From the IMG/VR virus record IMGVR_UViG_3300044733_004754: 64,000 bases of DNA. One strand, given 5' to 3'. The DNA comes from a virus. The stretch's first letter is position 1, and each line of letters starts with the position of its first letter. The notes under the pieces were generated by a model. It was not told where the DNA came from. It made no database searches and worked only from the letters and a program-made list of their open reading frames with translations. Below are positions 48,778 to 57,923 of this stretch, in pieces. The translations under genes and the position numbers were made by a program.

Positions 48778-49506
48778 TTGAACGTTAAACTTGCATATGC
48801 CAACGATAGTCAGTTCGTTCCTCATAAAAAGGAACGTAAGAGAAGAATCCCACAGACAAAAGATATGTTATCAATAAAACACATTGAACCAATGACGTGG
48901 GCACAGACAGATATGATGGAGGCTTATGCAAGGGGCGCTAATGTAGTAGCAACAGGTTCAGCAGGGACAGGTAAAAGCTATATTGCGTCTTATCTTGCAT
49001 TGAACAGTCTTCTGCAGCGGCAAGTATGTAAGATTGTTGTTGTACGTAGTGCTGTACCGACGAGAGATATGGGACATCTGCCTGGATCTCTACAAGAGAA
49101 GTCTGAAATATACACTATTCCATATAAACAGATATTCAATGATCTTTGTGAGAATGGTACAGCATGGGACATTCTTGTTAAAAAGAATATGGTTGAGTTT
49201 ATTACAACGTCATATGTGCGAGGTATTACACTCGATAATTGTGTAATTATAATTGATGAGTTTCAATCAATGACTTCTCATGAGTTGTATAGTGTTCTTA
49301 CACGTACAGGCAAGGATTCAAGGATTATAGTATGTGGTGATACCAAGCAAACAGACTTAGATGGTCGTAGAGAAAAGAGTTCTTTTGAGTGGTTTATGGG
49401 TGTTGTGCAGAAAATGCCTAGCTGGTTCCATCAAACCAATTTCCTCAAAGAGGACATTGTGAGATCTGATTTTGTTAAAGCCTTGATTATGGCAGTCGAG
49501 GAGTGA
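48778..49506 (+). CDS. phoH: PhoH-family ATPase
   Basis: GSAGTGKS, GHLPG, RGITLD, DEFQ, GD..Q, DIVRS. Confidence 0.95.
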   Translation: MNVKLAYANDSQFVPHKKERKRRIPQTKDMLSIKHIEPMTWAQTDMMEAYARGANVVATGSAGTGKSYIASYLALNSLLQRQVCKIVVVRSAVPTRDMGHLPGSLQEKSEIYTIPYKQIFNDLCENGTAWDILVKKNMVEFITTSYVRGITLDNCVIIIDEFQSMTSHELYSVLTRTGKDSRIIVCGDTKQTDLDGRREKSSFEWFMGVVQKMPSWFHQTNFLKEDIVRSDFVKALIMAVEE

Positions 49507-49516
49507 GGTATGTCAA

Positions 49517-50236
49517 GTGGTTCAATCATTTGCTGAACTGAAGAACAGAACATTTACTCAATTGGCCCGGACAAAGTTCTTTGATCTTTCCGAGCCAATT
49601 GTTTTACCTGACCTTAGCACAGAGTATGTGAATGGTAGACGTTTCTATGTAACGCCTAATAACAACAAATACCCTTCTGTAACAACTGTTCTTTCCACTA
49701 TGAACAAAGACATTATCGAACAGTGGCGACTACGCGTTGGTATTGAAGAAGCGCAAAAAATAACAACACAGGCATCTGGACGTGGTACTTCTGTACATAG
49801 TATTGCAGAAAGATATCTTCTCAACGAGAAGGACTATTCAAGAGGTGAGATGCCTGCCAATCTAGCATCATTTAAGCATATACAGAAGTACCTAGATGAT
49901 TGGTGTGATAAAGTATACGCTAATGAGATTGCACTATATTCAGATAAATTAAAGACTGCAGGTCGTTGTGATCTTATTGCTCGTATACATGGTATCCGTA
50001 CTGTATGTGACTTCAAGACAGCAAAGAAAGCTAAGCCGAGAGAATGGATATTAAACTACTTCTATCAATGCACTACATATGCTATAATGTTGTATGAGCG
50101 AACAGGGTTGTGGTGTCCTCAGATCTGTATATTAATTGCAACCGATGAAGACGGCCTCCAATTCTTTATTGATCATACAGTTAATTATGTTAAACCTGTA
50201 AAGGAATTCTTTAATAACTATCACGCAAACCTCTAG
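49517..50236 (+). CDS. PD-(D/E)XK exonuclease
   Basis: YPSVTTVL, RGTSVH, AGRCD, DFKT, Q..Y. Confidence 0.88.
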   Translation: MVQSFAELKNRTFTQLARTKFFDLSEPIVLPDLSTEYVNGRRFYVTPNNNKYPSVTTVLSTMNKDIIEQWRLRVGIEEAQKITTQASGRGTSVHSIAERYLLNEKDYSRGEMPANLASFKHIQKYLDDWCDKVYANEIALYSDKLKTAGRCDLIARIHGIRTVCDFKTAKKAKPREWILNYFYQCTTYAIMLYERTGLWCPQICILIATDEDGLQFFIDHTVNYVKPVKEFFNNYHANL

Positions 50237-50244
50237 GAGCTATC

Positions 50245-50409
50245 ATGCAGTTTGTATTGATAACAAGTACAGGTGATCGGCTTTACTTTTATATTGAAGA
50301 ATGTGCAGAAATATACAAATCTATACATGGCGGTGAAGTTTATAACGTTGATGTAAAGACGGGCAAAATTATTTGGAAAGATGTGAACGCCATACTAAAA
50401 TACGGTTGA
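50245..50409 (+). CDS. small hypothetical protein (54 aa)
   Basis: AGGAG RBS; FYIEECAEIY..IHGG; not in ORF track. Confidence 0.6.
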   Translation: MQFVLITSTGDRLYFYIEECAEIYKSIHGGEVYNVDVKTGKIIWKDVNAILKYG

Positions 50410-50419
50410 CTTTTAAAAA

Positions 50420-51145
50420 ATGTATAAATGTGTGATATCAGGTGGATGTGGTTATGCATATGGTTTTGGTCTCAATGATAGATCAAAACGCTATGCTCAG
50501 CTTATTGCCGATCATCTAAATGCTGTGTTGATCGACCGATCCATAACTAATGCAGGCAATGAACTCATCGCTTCGTCTTTAGTCGTTGGTATCAACGAAG
50601 CACTTAAGACATATAAAAGTAATGAGATCGTTGTTCTTGTCGGTTGGACAACCATTGAGAGATATGAATACTATAACATGGAGTATGGTAGAATAACATC
50701 CAGTGTTAAAGACGAATTCAGACTGGTCGGAAATGAAGCTAACTCTCAAATAAGGATCGCTAAGTTTATTAATAGTAATTTGTGGGATCCTTCTTATGGA
50801 TATTATAAAATGATACACTCATTCAACTACTTGAATAGTGTTTGTGAAACAAAAAAGATTAAGGTAGTACATAGAAGGAATACTGGCCATAATCAAGCGT
50901 TCAATAGAGGGTTTCCTAAGGTAAGCGTCCCGCATAGTGAAATTAACAACAAAGACCTCATTGACAAAGCCCTACTTAACGAGTATGCTCATCAATACAA
51001 GATCTGTATGGAAAGTGATGTTTTTGAAAAGTTTGCAGAAAAAAAGGATATGATATCAAAGAACAAATACCCTACAGAAGAAGGGCATTATAACTGGGCA
51101 AAGCATCTAATCGCTCAACATGGATCGTTAAATATTAACAGGTGA
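50420..51145 (+). CDS. SGNH-hydrolase-like protein, degenerate catalytic motifs
   Basis: GCGYAYG (for GxS), AGN, GWT...R, YPTEEGH (for HP..GH). Confidence 0.55.
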   Translation: MYKCVISGGCGYAYGFGLNDRSKRYAQLIADHLNAVLIDRSITNAGNELIASSLVVGINEALKTYKSNEIVVLVGWTTIERYEYYNMEYGRITSSVKDEFRLVGNEANSQIRIAKFINSNLWDPSYGYYKMIHSFNYLNSVCETKKIKVVHRRNTGHNQAFNRGFPKVSVPHSEINNKDLIDKALLNEYAHQYKICMESDVFEKFAEKKDMISKNKYPTEEGHYNWAKHLIAQHGSLNINR

Positions 51146-51151
51146 TATGTT

Positions 51152-51370
51152 ATGAAAACAAGGTTTAGCAAGAAAGAACACTTACATTGTGGTCAGGAAG
51201 CTATGACATTTGATGGCCATAAAGTTATTATTGATCGTGATGATGGTAATGTTGTCTGGGTTCGTCATGTAGAGGAAGGTTGGCCATTCCCACACTGGAA
51301 CTTCATGACACGTAAACAACTTGCTCCTCTACCACCTGTCCCTCAGGAATATGAGGAAGCTCTTTTCTAA
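51152..51370 (+). CDS. hypothetical protein
   Basis: AGGTG RBS; WPFP, EEALF. Confidence 0.65.
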   Translation: MKTRFSKKEHLHCGQEAMTFDGHKVIIDRDDGNVVWVRHVEEGWPFPHWNFMTRKQLAPLPPVPQEYEEALF

Positions 51371-51373
51371 ATC

Positions 51374-52513
51374 ATGTCCAACATTATGTACACCAGTCTT
51401 CGTGAGCTGTTGAATGGACAGTTCAAACCTGCACCATACAGACGGAAATCTCGTGGTAGAGTTAAGCGTAGAGAAAGATTAACGAGGGGATGGGTTTATG
51501 ATGCAACTGAAATTAATAGGAATAACATGACTTCTGATGTTTTTATTGGCGCGTCTGATTTATACGATTACATTGCATGTAATATTCAAGCTAATCGTAA
51601 TGAAGATAAGCAAGCAACAGACCACAACAAGATAACGGTGCTTGCCACGTCTAGTGACTGGCTTGCCTTTATGAAGAATTTTGCTCTCCGTGTGCATAAG
51701 TTCAATGAGCGTAGGGGATTCTTAATTGATGATAAGTGTAATTCATATTTGAGTTACGAGATCCATTCAACGACTATTGAATTCAATATACATGGTGAAG
51801 GATGGTTTGTTGAGCAGTGGACTAAGGTCTTGCAAAATAGGTATGAGGTTGTTCATAATAGTATTGAATGGATTTACAATAGCGATGGAGCCTCTATTGA
51901 GGTTCCACTACGAGGTGATCGTTTCCCCTGTGAAGAGATGTATCCATGGTTGGACGGTGAGTCTCTGACAGATTACTATGATCGTTATGCGTCTAGTGAT
52001 GCATCTATTCTTTTGTTGATTGGGCCTCCAGGAACAGGTAAAACAACGTTTATTCGTGGACTATTGCAGCATACGAAGCAGAGTGCCGTTGTGACATATG
52101 ATCCCGGTATCCTCTCTAAGGACTTTGTATTTGCGCAGTTCATTGAGGGTGAGGCAGGTGTATTTGTTATTGAAGATGCTGATACGTTCCTTGGTAGTCG
52201 TGATGATGGAAATGATGTCATGCATAAGTTCTTGAATGTTGGTGATGGTCTTGTCACTACGAAGAACAAGAAGATGATCTTCTCAACCAACCTACCATCC
52301 ATTCATGATATTGATCCTGCATTGCTTCGTCCTGGTCGTTGTTTTGATATTGTTAATTTTAATTTGTTAAATACGGAACAAGCTATCGCTCTTGCAAAGA
52401 GGTTGGATGTTGAGTTTGATCGTAATGACAGTGGACAGTATTCGATTGCAGAAGTGTTTAACAAGCAGTCTCAATCAATGAAGAAGCCTCGTAGGGGTGT
52501 AGGGTTTTACTGA
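51374..52513 (+). CDS. AAA+ ATPase
   Basis: GPPGTGKT, VIEDAD, STN, DPALLRPGRCFD; true start may be later. Confidence 0.9.
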   Translation: MSNIMYTSLRELLNGQFKPAPYRRKSRGRVKRRERLTRGWVYDATEINRNNMTSDVFIGASDLYDYIACNIQANRNEDKQATDHNKITVLATSSDWLAFMKNFALRVHKFNERRGFLIDDKCNSYLSYEIHSTTIEFNIHGEGWFVEQWTKVLQNRYEVVHNSIEWIYNSDGASIEVPLRGDRFPCEEMYPWLDGESLTDYYDRYASSDASILLLIGPPGTGKTTFIRGLLQHTKQSAVVTYDPGILSKDFVFAQFIEGEAGVFVIEDADTFLGSRDDGNDVMHKFLNVGDGLVTTKNKKMIFSTNLPSIHDIDPALLRPGRCFDIVNFNLLNTEQAIALAKRLDVEFDRNDSGQYSIAEVFNKQSQSMKKPRRGVGFY

Positions 52514-52716
52514 TGAAAAAGTGGAGAGCATATGTTGAGCAGGATGGGGAGGACTTGGTTCTTCCTTTACCTAATGATATGTTAAAAGAGTTAGGTTGGA
52601 AGACCGGAGATACGTTAGTCTGGGATATTAATGAAGAGACTGGCGCCATCACTCTGAGTAAGAAGCCAACATGGTTACAACAAAAGTGGAGTTTAATTAA
52701 ATCATGGATTTCTTGA
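52513..52716 (+). CDS. AbrB/MazE-like DNA-binding protein
   Basis: LVLPLP.DMLKELGWKTGDTL.W. Confidence 0.75.
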   Translation: MKKWRAYVEQDGEDLVLPLPNDMLKELGWKTGDTLVWDINEETGAITLSKKPTWLQQKWSLIKSWIS

Positions 52717-53090
52717 AACGTAGATCATTTCTTAAAGGATTTGGGTTAGGTGGAGTGATTGTTGGTAGTGCAGCAGGAGGGTTTACTGCAGCAAAAGCTA
52801 TTAGCAATACAGTATCTCAACCTACTCCGCAGCCTGCTCCTGCCGTAGTGTATCCTCAATTAGAGGACATTTCCCATCTTGCACCGCGAGATACAGGAAC
52901 AGATCTAACTCTTGCACGTAATAATGATGAACCAGAGCCGCCTCAAGCATCTTATGAATCGTTTTCGATTGTACCTCCTAACATGAAGACCACGCATCAA
53001 GTTAGTATGAGTGTTGGTAAGGATAATAGGTTGTGGTTGAAGGTTGATGGGAAGTGGATGAGGGTAATGGTGCAGGAGGATCTCTTGTGA
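52704..53090 (+). CDS. protein with twin-arginine (Tat) signal
   Basis: KRRSFLKG plus Gly/Ala hydrophobic stretch. Confidence 0.7.
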   Translation: MDFLKRRSFLKGFGLGGVIVGSAAGGFTAAKAISNTVSQPTPQPAPAVVYPQLEDISHLAPRDTGTDLTLARNNDEPEPPQASYESFSIVPPNMKTTHQVSMSVGKDNRLWLKVDGKWMRVMVQEDLL

Positions 53091-53425
53091 CCACTGAGTT
53101 TATTTGTACAAGGCCAGATGTCCGTTCCACACAGTCATGTGGTTGTTTCATGTGTAGTGGTAGGTGTGAATCATGTTGTTGTTGCAGGGTTACAAAAGGA
53201 TTGAGGATCCTCAAGTGTTCTGACACAATGATGTGGTATAGGGGTTTGATAGGAAGGACTGTGTTATATCTTGGAAGTGAGCATGATGACAAGAAGCCAG
53301 TTTATTGGACAAGAGAGCCAGGTGGTTGGTTTAAGAACATTATTTTACAGTGTGATGCGGAGGTAATTAATATCGATACAGAGACATATAATAGGTTATT
53401 TGATCAAGCGAAGTATCTATCATAG
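53087..53425 (+). CDS. hypothetical protein, Cys-rich N-terminus
   Basis: GTGA overlap; start uncertain. Confidence 0.5.
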   Translation: MTTEFICTRPDVRSTQSCGCFMCSGRCESCCCCRVTKGLRILKCSDTMMWYRGLIGRTVLYLGSEHDDKKPVYWTREPGGWFKNIILQCDAEVINIDTETYNRLFDQAKYLS

Positions 53426-53433
53426 GAGGAAAA

Positions 53434-54096
53434 ATGAGTAATACGATTGTGTTTAACAAGGCAAATGCAATGTGGGTTGCAGTATTGTCGTCTATTTTGA
53501 TTATGACGATGACTGTCGCTGATTTTGCTGCTGTCAAGTTTCTTGATTTTGGTTTTGTGGTAACGCCGGCTGGTGCATTATTGTTTGCTGTAGTATTTGT
53601 TGTGCGAGACATGTTGCACAAGATGGCTGGTAGGGAGTTTGTTACAAAGATTATTCTTTATGGAGTAGTAATTAATCTTGCTGTAGCGGTGTTCATGTAT
53701 GCTATGACGTTCCTGCCATCTCCATCGTTCAGGCCTAGTGTTAATTTTGATGCAATGTTCAAGATGTCGTTGGGTATTGTTATTGGGTCTGAGATTGCAA
53801 CGATGATTTCGCAGTATGTGAACACATGGATTTATCAATGGATGTGGGAAAGGGATCATGGTTCGTGGTTGAGGACGTTTGTTTCCAATCTATTGAGTCT
53901 GCCGGTGGATGCATTTTTCTTTGTAGTTATTGCATTTGTATTGATGCCTCCGTTGCTTGGTGGTAATGCAATGGATTTTAATGCAGCAATTGCAAGGATT
54001 GTATCTGGTAGTACATTATTCAAGCTAGCAATTATTCTAGCGTTGACGCCTCTTGTATCGTTGGCGCCTACGAATGAGGATGCAAAGCACGGATAG
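53434..54096 (+). CDS. yhhQ: queuosine-precursor transporter (VUT/YhhQ family)
   Basis: About 6 TM; PAG.LLFAVVFVVRD, SQYVN, R..VSN..S.PVD. Confidence 0.8.
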   Translation: MSNTIVFNKANAMWVAVLSSILIMTMTVADFAAVKFLDFGFVVTPAGALLFAVVFVVRDMLHKMAGREFVTKIILYGVVINLAVAVFMYAMTFLPSPSFRPSVNFDAMFKMSLGIVIGSEIATMISQYVNTWIYQWMWERDHGSWLRTFVSNLLSLPVDAFFFVVIAFVLMPPLLGGNAMDFNAAIARIVSGSTLFKLAIILALTPLVSLAPTNEDAKHG

Positions 54097-54161
54097 AGTG
54101 TAGTGTGCAAGCCCTTACAATTAATTGAGGGTTTGCCAATATATTCTAGGAAGGAGTTTAT

Positions 54162-54686
54162 ATGAGTCAGAGGCCATTAAAATTTATTAGTAGAGAGAAA
54201 GAGTCAGAATTAATTAATAAATTATTGACAATTGTTGATAATAGGGATATTCATCCGCATCACACTGCATTAATTATGGCTTCGCCAGATTATTCTGCTA
54301 CTGTGGCAATGCATTTATCGCATGCATGGAGTGTAAGGGGTGAAATAATTCCAATTATTCCTGTAGATGTAACGTATCCCGATGAGAAGCCAGATTATTA
54401 TGAGATGAAGATGGAGCATCAATTAATGTGGTTAAGGGATAGGACTGTGATGCCAAGGAATATTGTGATGGTAGAGGCAGGGATTATCAGGGGTGGTAAT
54501 TGGGCATGGATGTTAGAAGTATTATATAAGTTTGGGTATACCAGAGATGATATCACTTTGGTTACATTACTGGAGAATGTACATTCAAGGGTTAAGTCTG
54601 ATTATGTTGGTGAGTATTATGATGATGAGAAAGAGGACTTAGTGTTCTATTATGAGAGGTTCAATAAGCATTGGCCGGTAAGATGA
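54162..54686 (+). CDS. phosphoribosyltransferase-like protein
   Basis: IVMVEAGIIRGGNW resembles PRPP loop; C-terminal LVFYYE. Confidence 0.6.
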   Translation: MSQRPLKFISREKESELINKLLTIVDNRDIHPHHTALIMASPDYSATVAMHLSHAWSVRGEIIPIIPVDVTYPDEKPDYYEMKMEHQLMWLRDRTVMPRNIVMVEAGIIRGGNWAWMLEVLYKFGYTRDDITLVTLLENVHSRVKSDYVGEYYDDEKEDLVFYYERFNKHWPVR

Positions 54687-55336
54687 ATAATGTAATTCAA
54701 GAAGATGTCTGGTACACTAAGCGTATTGATTTAAAGTTTGATGGTAAGAGGTTAGCAAAGGATGCGTTAGAGATATTTGATAGGTGGTCTCTCAAGACTC
54801 CGATGGATCTTTTTGAGTTTGCTCAGCTTACTGCCAAGCATAAAAATGCGTCATTAATTGATCAGTATAGGCATAGGAATGTGGTATGTTTAAAGAAGAG
54901 GGTTGGTGATTCGCCAGAAGAAGCGTTAATGGATTTATCTGGGTCTGGGTTACCTGTGACAAAGCGTGATGAGAGTCATGGTGAGGACAAGTATATTGAA
55001 TACAATCCTTTATTTGATGGATATTATATTATGGAGTGTGTAAAGGAGATAGAGAGGTTTGTGAGGGAGAAGTATAATGTTGTTGTGGGTAAGGCAAGGT
55101 TATTGAGGTTAGAGAAGAGGACATGCTATCCTTTGCATAAAGATTATAATCAAATGAGGGTGCATGTGCCTATTATTACCAATGAAGGATGTTTCTTTGT
55201 AATGAAGGGTAAGGTTGAAGGTATGTCAGAGGTAGGAAGGGCCTATTTGTTTAATAATAATGTGAGACATACTGCTGTGAATGCATCGCAAGACGATAGA
55301 ATTCATCTTGTTATTAATTGCGAAGGTACGATATGA
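54683..55336 (+). CDS. Asp/Asn beta-hydroxylase-like 2OG-Fe(II) oxygenase
   Basis: HKD, RVHVPIITN, HTAVN..RIHLV. Confidence 0.8.
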   Translation: MNNVIQEDVWYTKRIDLKFDGKRLAKDALEIFDRWSLKTPMDLFEFAQLTAKHKNASLIDQYRHRNVVCLKKRVGDSPEEALMDLSGSGLPVTKRDESHGEDKYIEYNPLFDGYYIMECVKEIERFVREKYNVVVGKARLLRLEKRTCYPLHKDYNQMRVHVPIITNEGCFFVMKGKVEGMSEVGRAYLFNNNVRHTAVNASQDDRIHLVINCEGTI

Positions 55337-55890
55337 ATAATGTAATTCCATTGGCAGCAGGATATATCAAAGAGACAAGCCTCAACTTCAATGCAGAGAA
55401 GCTAGCATATGAAGCAAAAGAACTATATTCTGTATATCAAAGAGACCAGATCAACCTAAGAAAACCTCATAATGTTGATGATATGCTGGGGATTACATAT
55501 GGGTCGGGTAGCTTATATCAGAAGGGAGAAGTATTCGATAATGATAAGAGCTGGAATGAATACATCTCAATCTTTAAAGACCTATACTTAGTAGAAGTAC
55601 TAAAAGAGCTAGAAGAACATATGTGGTTCCAGCATAGAAGCTATATTGGTAGAGCAAGACTAATGAGAATGAAACCAAAGACATGCCTGACATATCATAG
55701 AGATGATAGCAGTATGAGATTACATATTCCTATCATTACTAATGAAGGATGTTTCTTCATCAATAACGAGATAGTAGGTAAGATGCATAATGCAGGAAGA
55801 CTTTACCTATATGATGTGAAGTCAAAGCATACAGCAGTCAATGCATCAAGAGAGGATAGAGTTCACCTAGTAGTTAACTGCTATGAGTGA
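55333..55890 (+). CDS. Asp/Asn beta-hydroxylase-like oxygenase (tandem paralog)
   Basis: HRD, RLHIPIITN, HTAVN..RVHLV. Confidence 0.8.
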   Translation: MNNVIPLAAGYIKETSLNFNAEKLAYEAKELYSVYQRDQINLRKPHNVDDMLGITYGSGSLYQKGEVFDNDKSWNEYISIFKDLYLVEVLKELEEHMWFQHRSYIGRARLMRMKPKTCLTYHRDDSSMRLHIPIITNEGCFFINNEIVGKMHNAGRLYLYDVKSKHTAVNASREDRVHLVVNCYE

Positions 55891-55975
55891 TAAACTGTTT
55901 ACCACTCCGTTACCACGATCTTTGCTAAACCTGTTTACCTAACTTTAGTATATTCTTTTTACTAAACCGTTTACC
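55891..55975. repeat. three TAAAC-N1-2-GTTTACC dyads
   Basis: At 55891, 55926, 55963. Confidence 0.75.
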
Positions 55976-56270
55976 TATTATTTTACGTAGTGTAGTGCAA
56001 TCACAAAATAATTAATTTTCTACTAGTTGTGCGGAGTTACGTTACCTAAGCCTAGTAGCATAATAGAGTTTCAACGGAGTTTCCTGCATTGTAGGATGAG
56101 ATATTTTACATAGTAGGAAATACGTTTAAATACGGGATCCGGTGAGGTATTCCGAATGGTGCTGCGGGTATCAGATCACACACCAGTTCCCCTGCAGAAG
56201 TCAACAAAGACCAGCCAATCATTTCCCACATTGTAGGAAATCATTTCCCGTATCGTAGGAAACTCCCGCT

Positions 56271-56390
56271 CCCCTGCGAGCCCCTGCGAGCCCCTGCGAG
56301 CCCCTGCGAGCCCCTGCGAGCCCCTGCGAGCCCCTGCGAGCCCCTGCGAGCCCCTGCGAGCCCCTGCGAGCCCCTGCGAGCCCCTGCGAG
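56271..56390. repeat. perfect tandem repeat (CCCCTGCGAG)12
   Basis: Direct reading. Confidence 0.98.
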
Positions 56391-56541
56391 TGCAGCAGCC
56401 CCCTGCAATAGTCTGAGTGCATCTGGTCTCCCTGCTGATGCATTGAACGAATCGGTGATTGTGATACTAATTTGCAGACCAAGTCAACAGAGACCAGGTC
56501 AACAGTAAGCTCATTCTGCAGCTCGCTGAAAGACCATACTG

Positions 56542-56571
56542 TTGACAAGCTCATGCAAAGTATGGGATAAT
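56542..56571 (+). promoter_or_regulatory. sigma70-type promoter without a convincing downstream ORF
   Basis: TTGACA-18-GATAAT with TG extension. Confidence 0.5.
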
Positions 56572-56719
56572 GAGTGGGGGACCGTTTGCGCGGAGTTGGC
56601 AGAGGTGCGCTCTCGCCGTCCATCCCCAGAGTGCCTGTTCGAACGCATAGAGACATCATCTATGAAAAAAGAGACCAAGACAACAGACCACATATTCTAC
56701 ATTGTAGGAAATAAAAATG

Positions 56720-56774
56720 TTGACTTCTGTTTTGGTCTATGAGACAGTGGCCATGTCGTTAAACAAAAGGACTA
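56720..56774 (+). promoter_or_regulatory. cassette element P1
   Basis: TTGACT-tctgtttTGGTCTatga-GACAGT-GGCC...TTAAACAAAAGGA. Confidence 0.75.
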
Positions 56775-56909
56775 ATGATGAAGGCAATCTACAAAGGGAC
56801 GGAGTACTACATAATCTCTGTGCTCGGCGAATTGATCGAGATCGCCCCTACCAAACACGGTGCAGGGTCGTTCCTTGCGCATAAAGACTTTATCACCATT
56901 GTGGAGTAA
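56775..56909 (+). CDS. small early protein (44 aa)
   Basis: MMKAIYKGTEYYII...; follows P1 RBS; not in ORF track. Confidence 0.6.
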   Translation: MMKAIYKGTEYYIISVLGELIEIAPTKHGAGSFLAHKDFITIVE

Positions 56910-56911
56910 CC

Positions 56912-57085
56912 ATGAAGCGAAGCGCTATCAAGACTGGCATTTGGGGCGGCTTTGCCGCATGGGTAGGAGTGCAGACATACAGGCTGATCACGGCTGTTGT
57001 CTTGTTCATCCAATTGGTGTTCGGACTCTCTCTTGGTCTTGCATCGCTCTGGATTGCCGTACACTACAATCTAATACCCAACTGA
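56912..57085 (+). CDS. small membrane protein (57 aa)
   Basis: GGAG RBS; MKRSAIKTGIWGGFAAW...; stop abuts P2. Confidence 0.6.
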   Translation: MKRSAIKTGIWGGFAAWVGVQTYRLITAVVLFIQLVFGLSLGLASLWIAVHYNLIPN

Positions 57086-57086
57086 G

Positions 57087-57142
57087 TTGACCTGATATTT
57101 GGTCTGTGCTATACTGACTTCACTGTTCAAATGGAGTTCCAA
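57087..57142 (+). promoter_or_regulatory. cassette element P2
   Basis: TTGACC-17-TATACT, TGGTCT in spacer. Confidence 0.85.
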
Positions 57143-57514
57143 ATGAAAGTGTTCGTGTACTTCAACTTGCACAAGAAGTGCTGGTCTGTCAAAGCTCTCG
57201 AGGGTCCCCGCAAGGGCCGTGTGGTCCAGCATGCGAAGACTATCGCACTGCATAACGTCACATTCAAGGTGTCCGAGGCTGGACGTCAACGAGTGCTGCG
57301 GGAGAAGAAGAAGAATGTGCATGCAGGAGCTGTTGGCACGCTGGATGTGTACTCATATGAGCCCTGGTTGGGATTGCAGGGTTCTGTTCACGATCTCACC
57401 AAGGTATCGTACAATCCCTATAAGGCAGGACACTTCGTTAACAAAGAGACGAATGAGCCTGTCCACACCGCGCAGTATGCGTATCTCGTTGACAAATCCG
57501 TAATGGTGAAATAA
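57143..57514 (+). CDS. conserved phage protein
   Basis: VYFNLHKKCWSV, VSEAGRQRVLREKKKNVHA, YNPYK. Confidence 0.8.
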   Translation: MKVFVYFNLHKKCWSVKALEGPRKGRVVQHAKTIALHNVTFKVSEAGRQRVLREKKKNVHAGAVGTLDVYSYEPWLGLQGSVHDLTKVSYNPYKAGHFVNKETNEPVHTAQYAYLVDKSVMVK

Positions 57515-57922
57515 ATGTTCGATTCCACTCGCTTCGCAAGCTACAACGACTACAACGACTATCTCACCCGCAAGCTCGCTCATTACAATGAGTGGCTGGG
57601 CGATCCCAAGCGGACGTTCAAGAATGGTCCCTACCCAGGGTTCCCGGAGGACCTCGAGCACGCAGCTCGCATCCAGTCCTTCAAGAAGGCAGCTGCTCAG
57701 GAGTTCGAGAAGAAGGCGAACCCTCCCATTGAGCGCAAGAAGAAGTCAAAGAAGGCAAAGAAGACAGCCGATGGTGGCCCTACCAAGCAAGAGCGTGCTG
57801 TTGACATTTTCAAGCGTTTGAGTGGGGAGAAGGCTGCGACCATTCAAGCAATCCAGGATGAGCTTGGTATGTCGCTCGCTGGTGCCACCACATACTTCTA
57901 CAATGCAAAGAAGTTGGTCTGA
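57515..57922 (+). CDS. Lys-rich protein with C-terminal HTH-like domain
   Basis: TKQERA...IQAIQDELGMSLAGATTYFYNAKK. Confidence 0.75.
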   Translation: MFDSTRFASYNDYNDYLTRKLAHYNEWLGDPKRTFKNGPYPGFPEDLEHAARIQSFKKAAAQEFEKKANPPIERKKKSKKAKKTADGGPTKQERAVDIFKRLSGEKAATIQAIQDELGMSLAGATTYFYNAKKLV

Positions 57923-57923
57923 G

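Larger units (their letters stand above)
56079..56712. repeat. five 21-bp imperfect dyads, consensus ATTTCCTACA-T-TGTAGGAAAT
   Basis: At 56079, 56101, 56221, 56243, 56692. Confidence 0.8.

Noticed and set aside
56219-56659. 146-aa minus-strand ORF with SQGLAGARRG repeats
   Set aside because: By-product of the stop-free 10-mer array; no RBS evidence.
56860-57090. ORF-track 76-aa protein
   Set aside because: Overlaps two RBS-led ORFs (56775, 56912) that fit the cassette boundaries.
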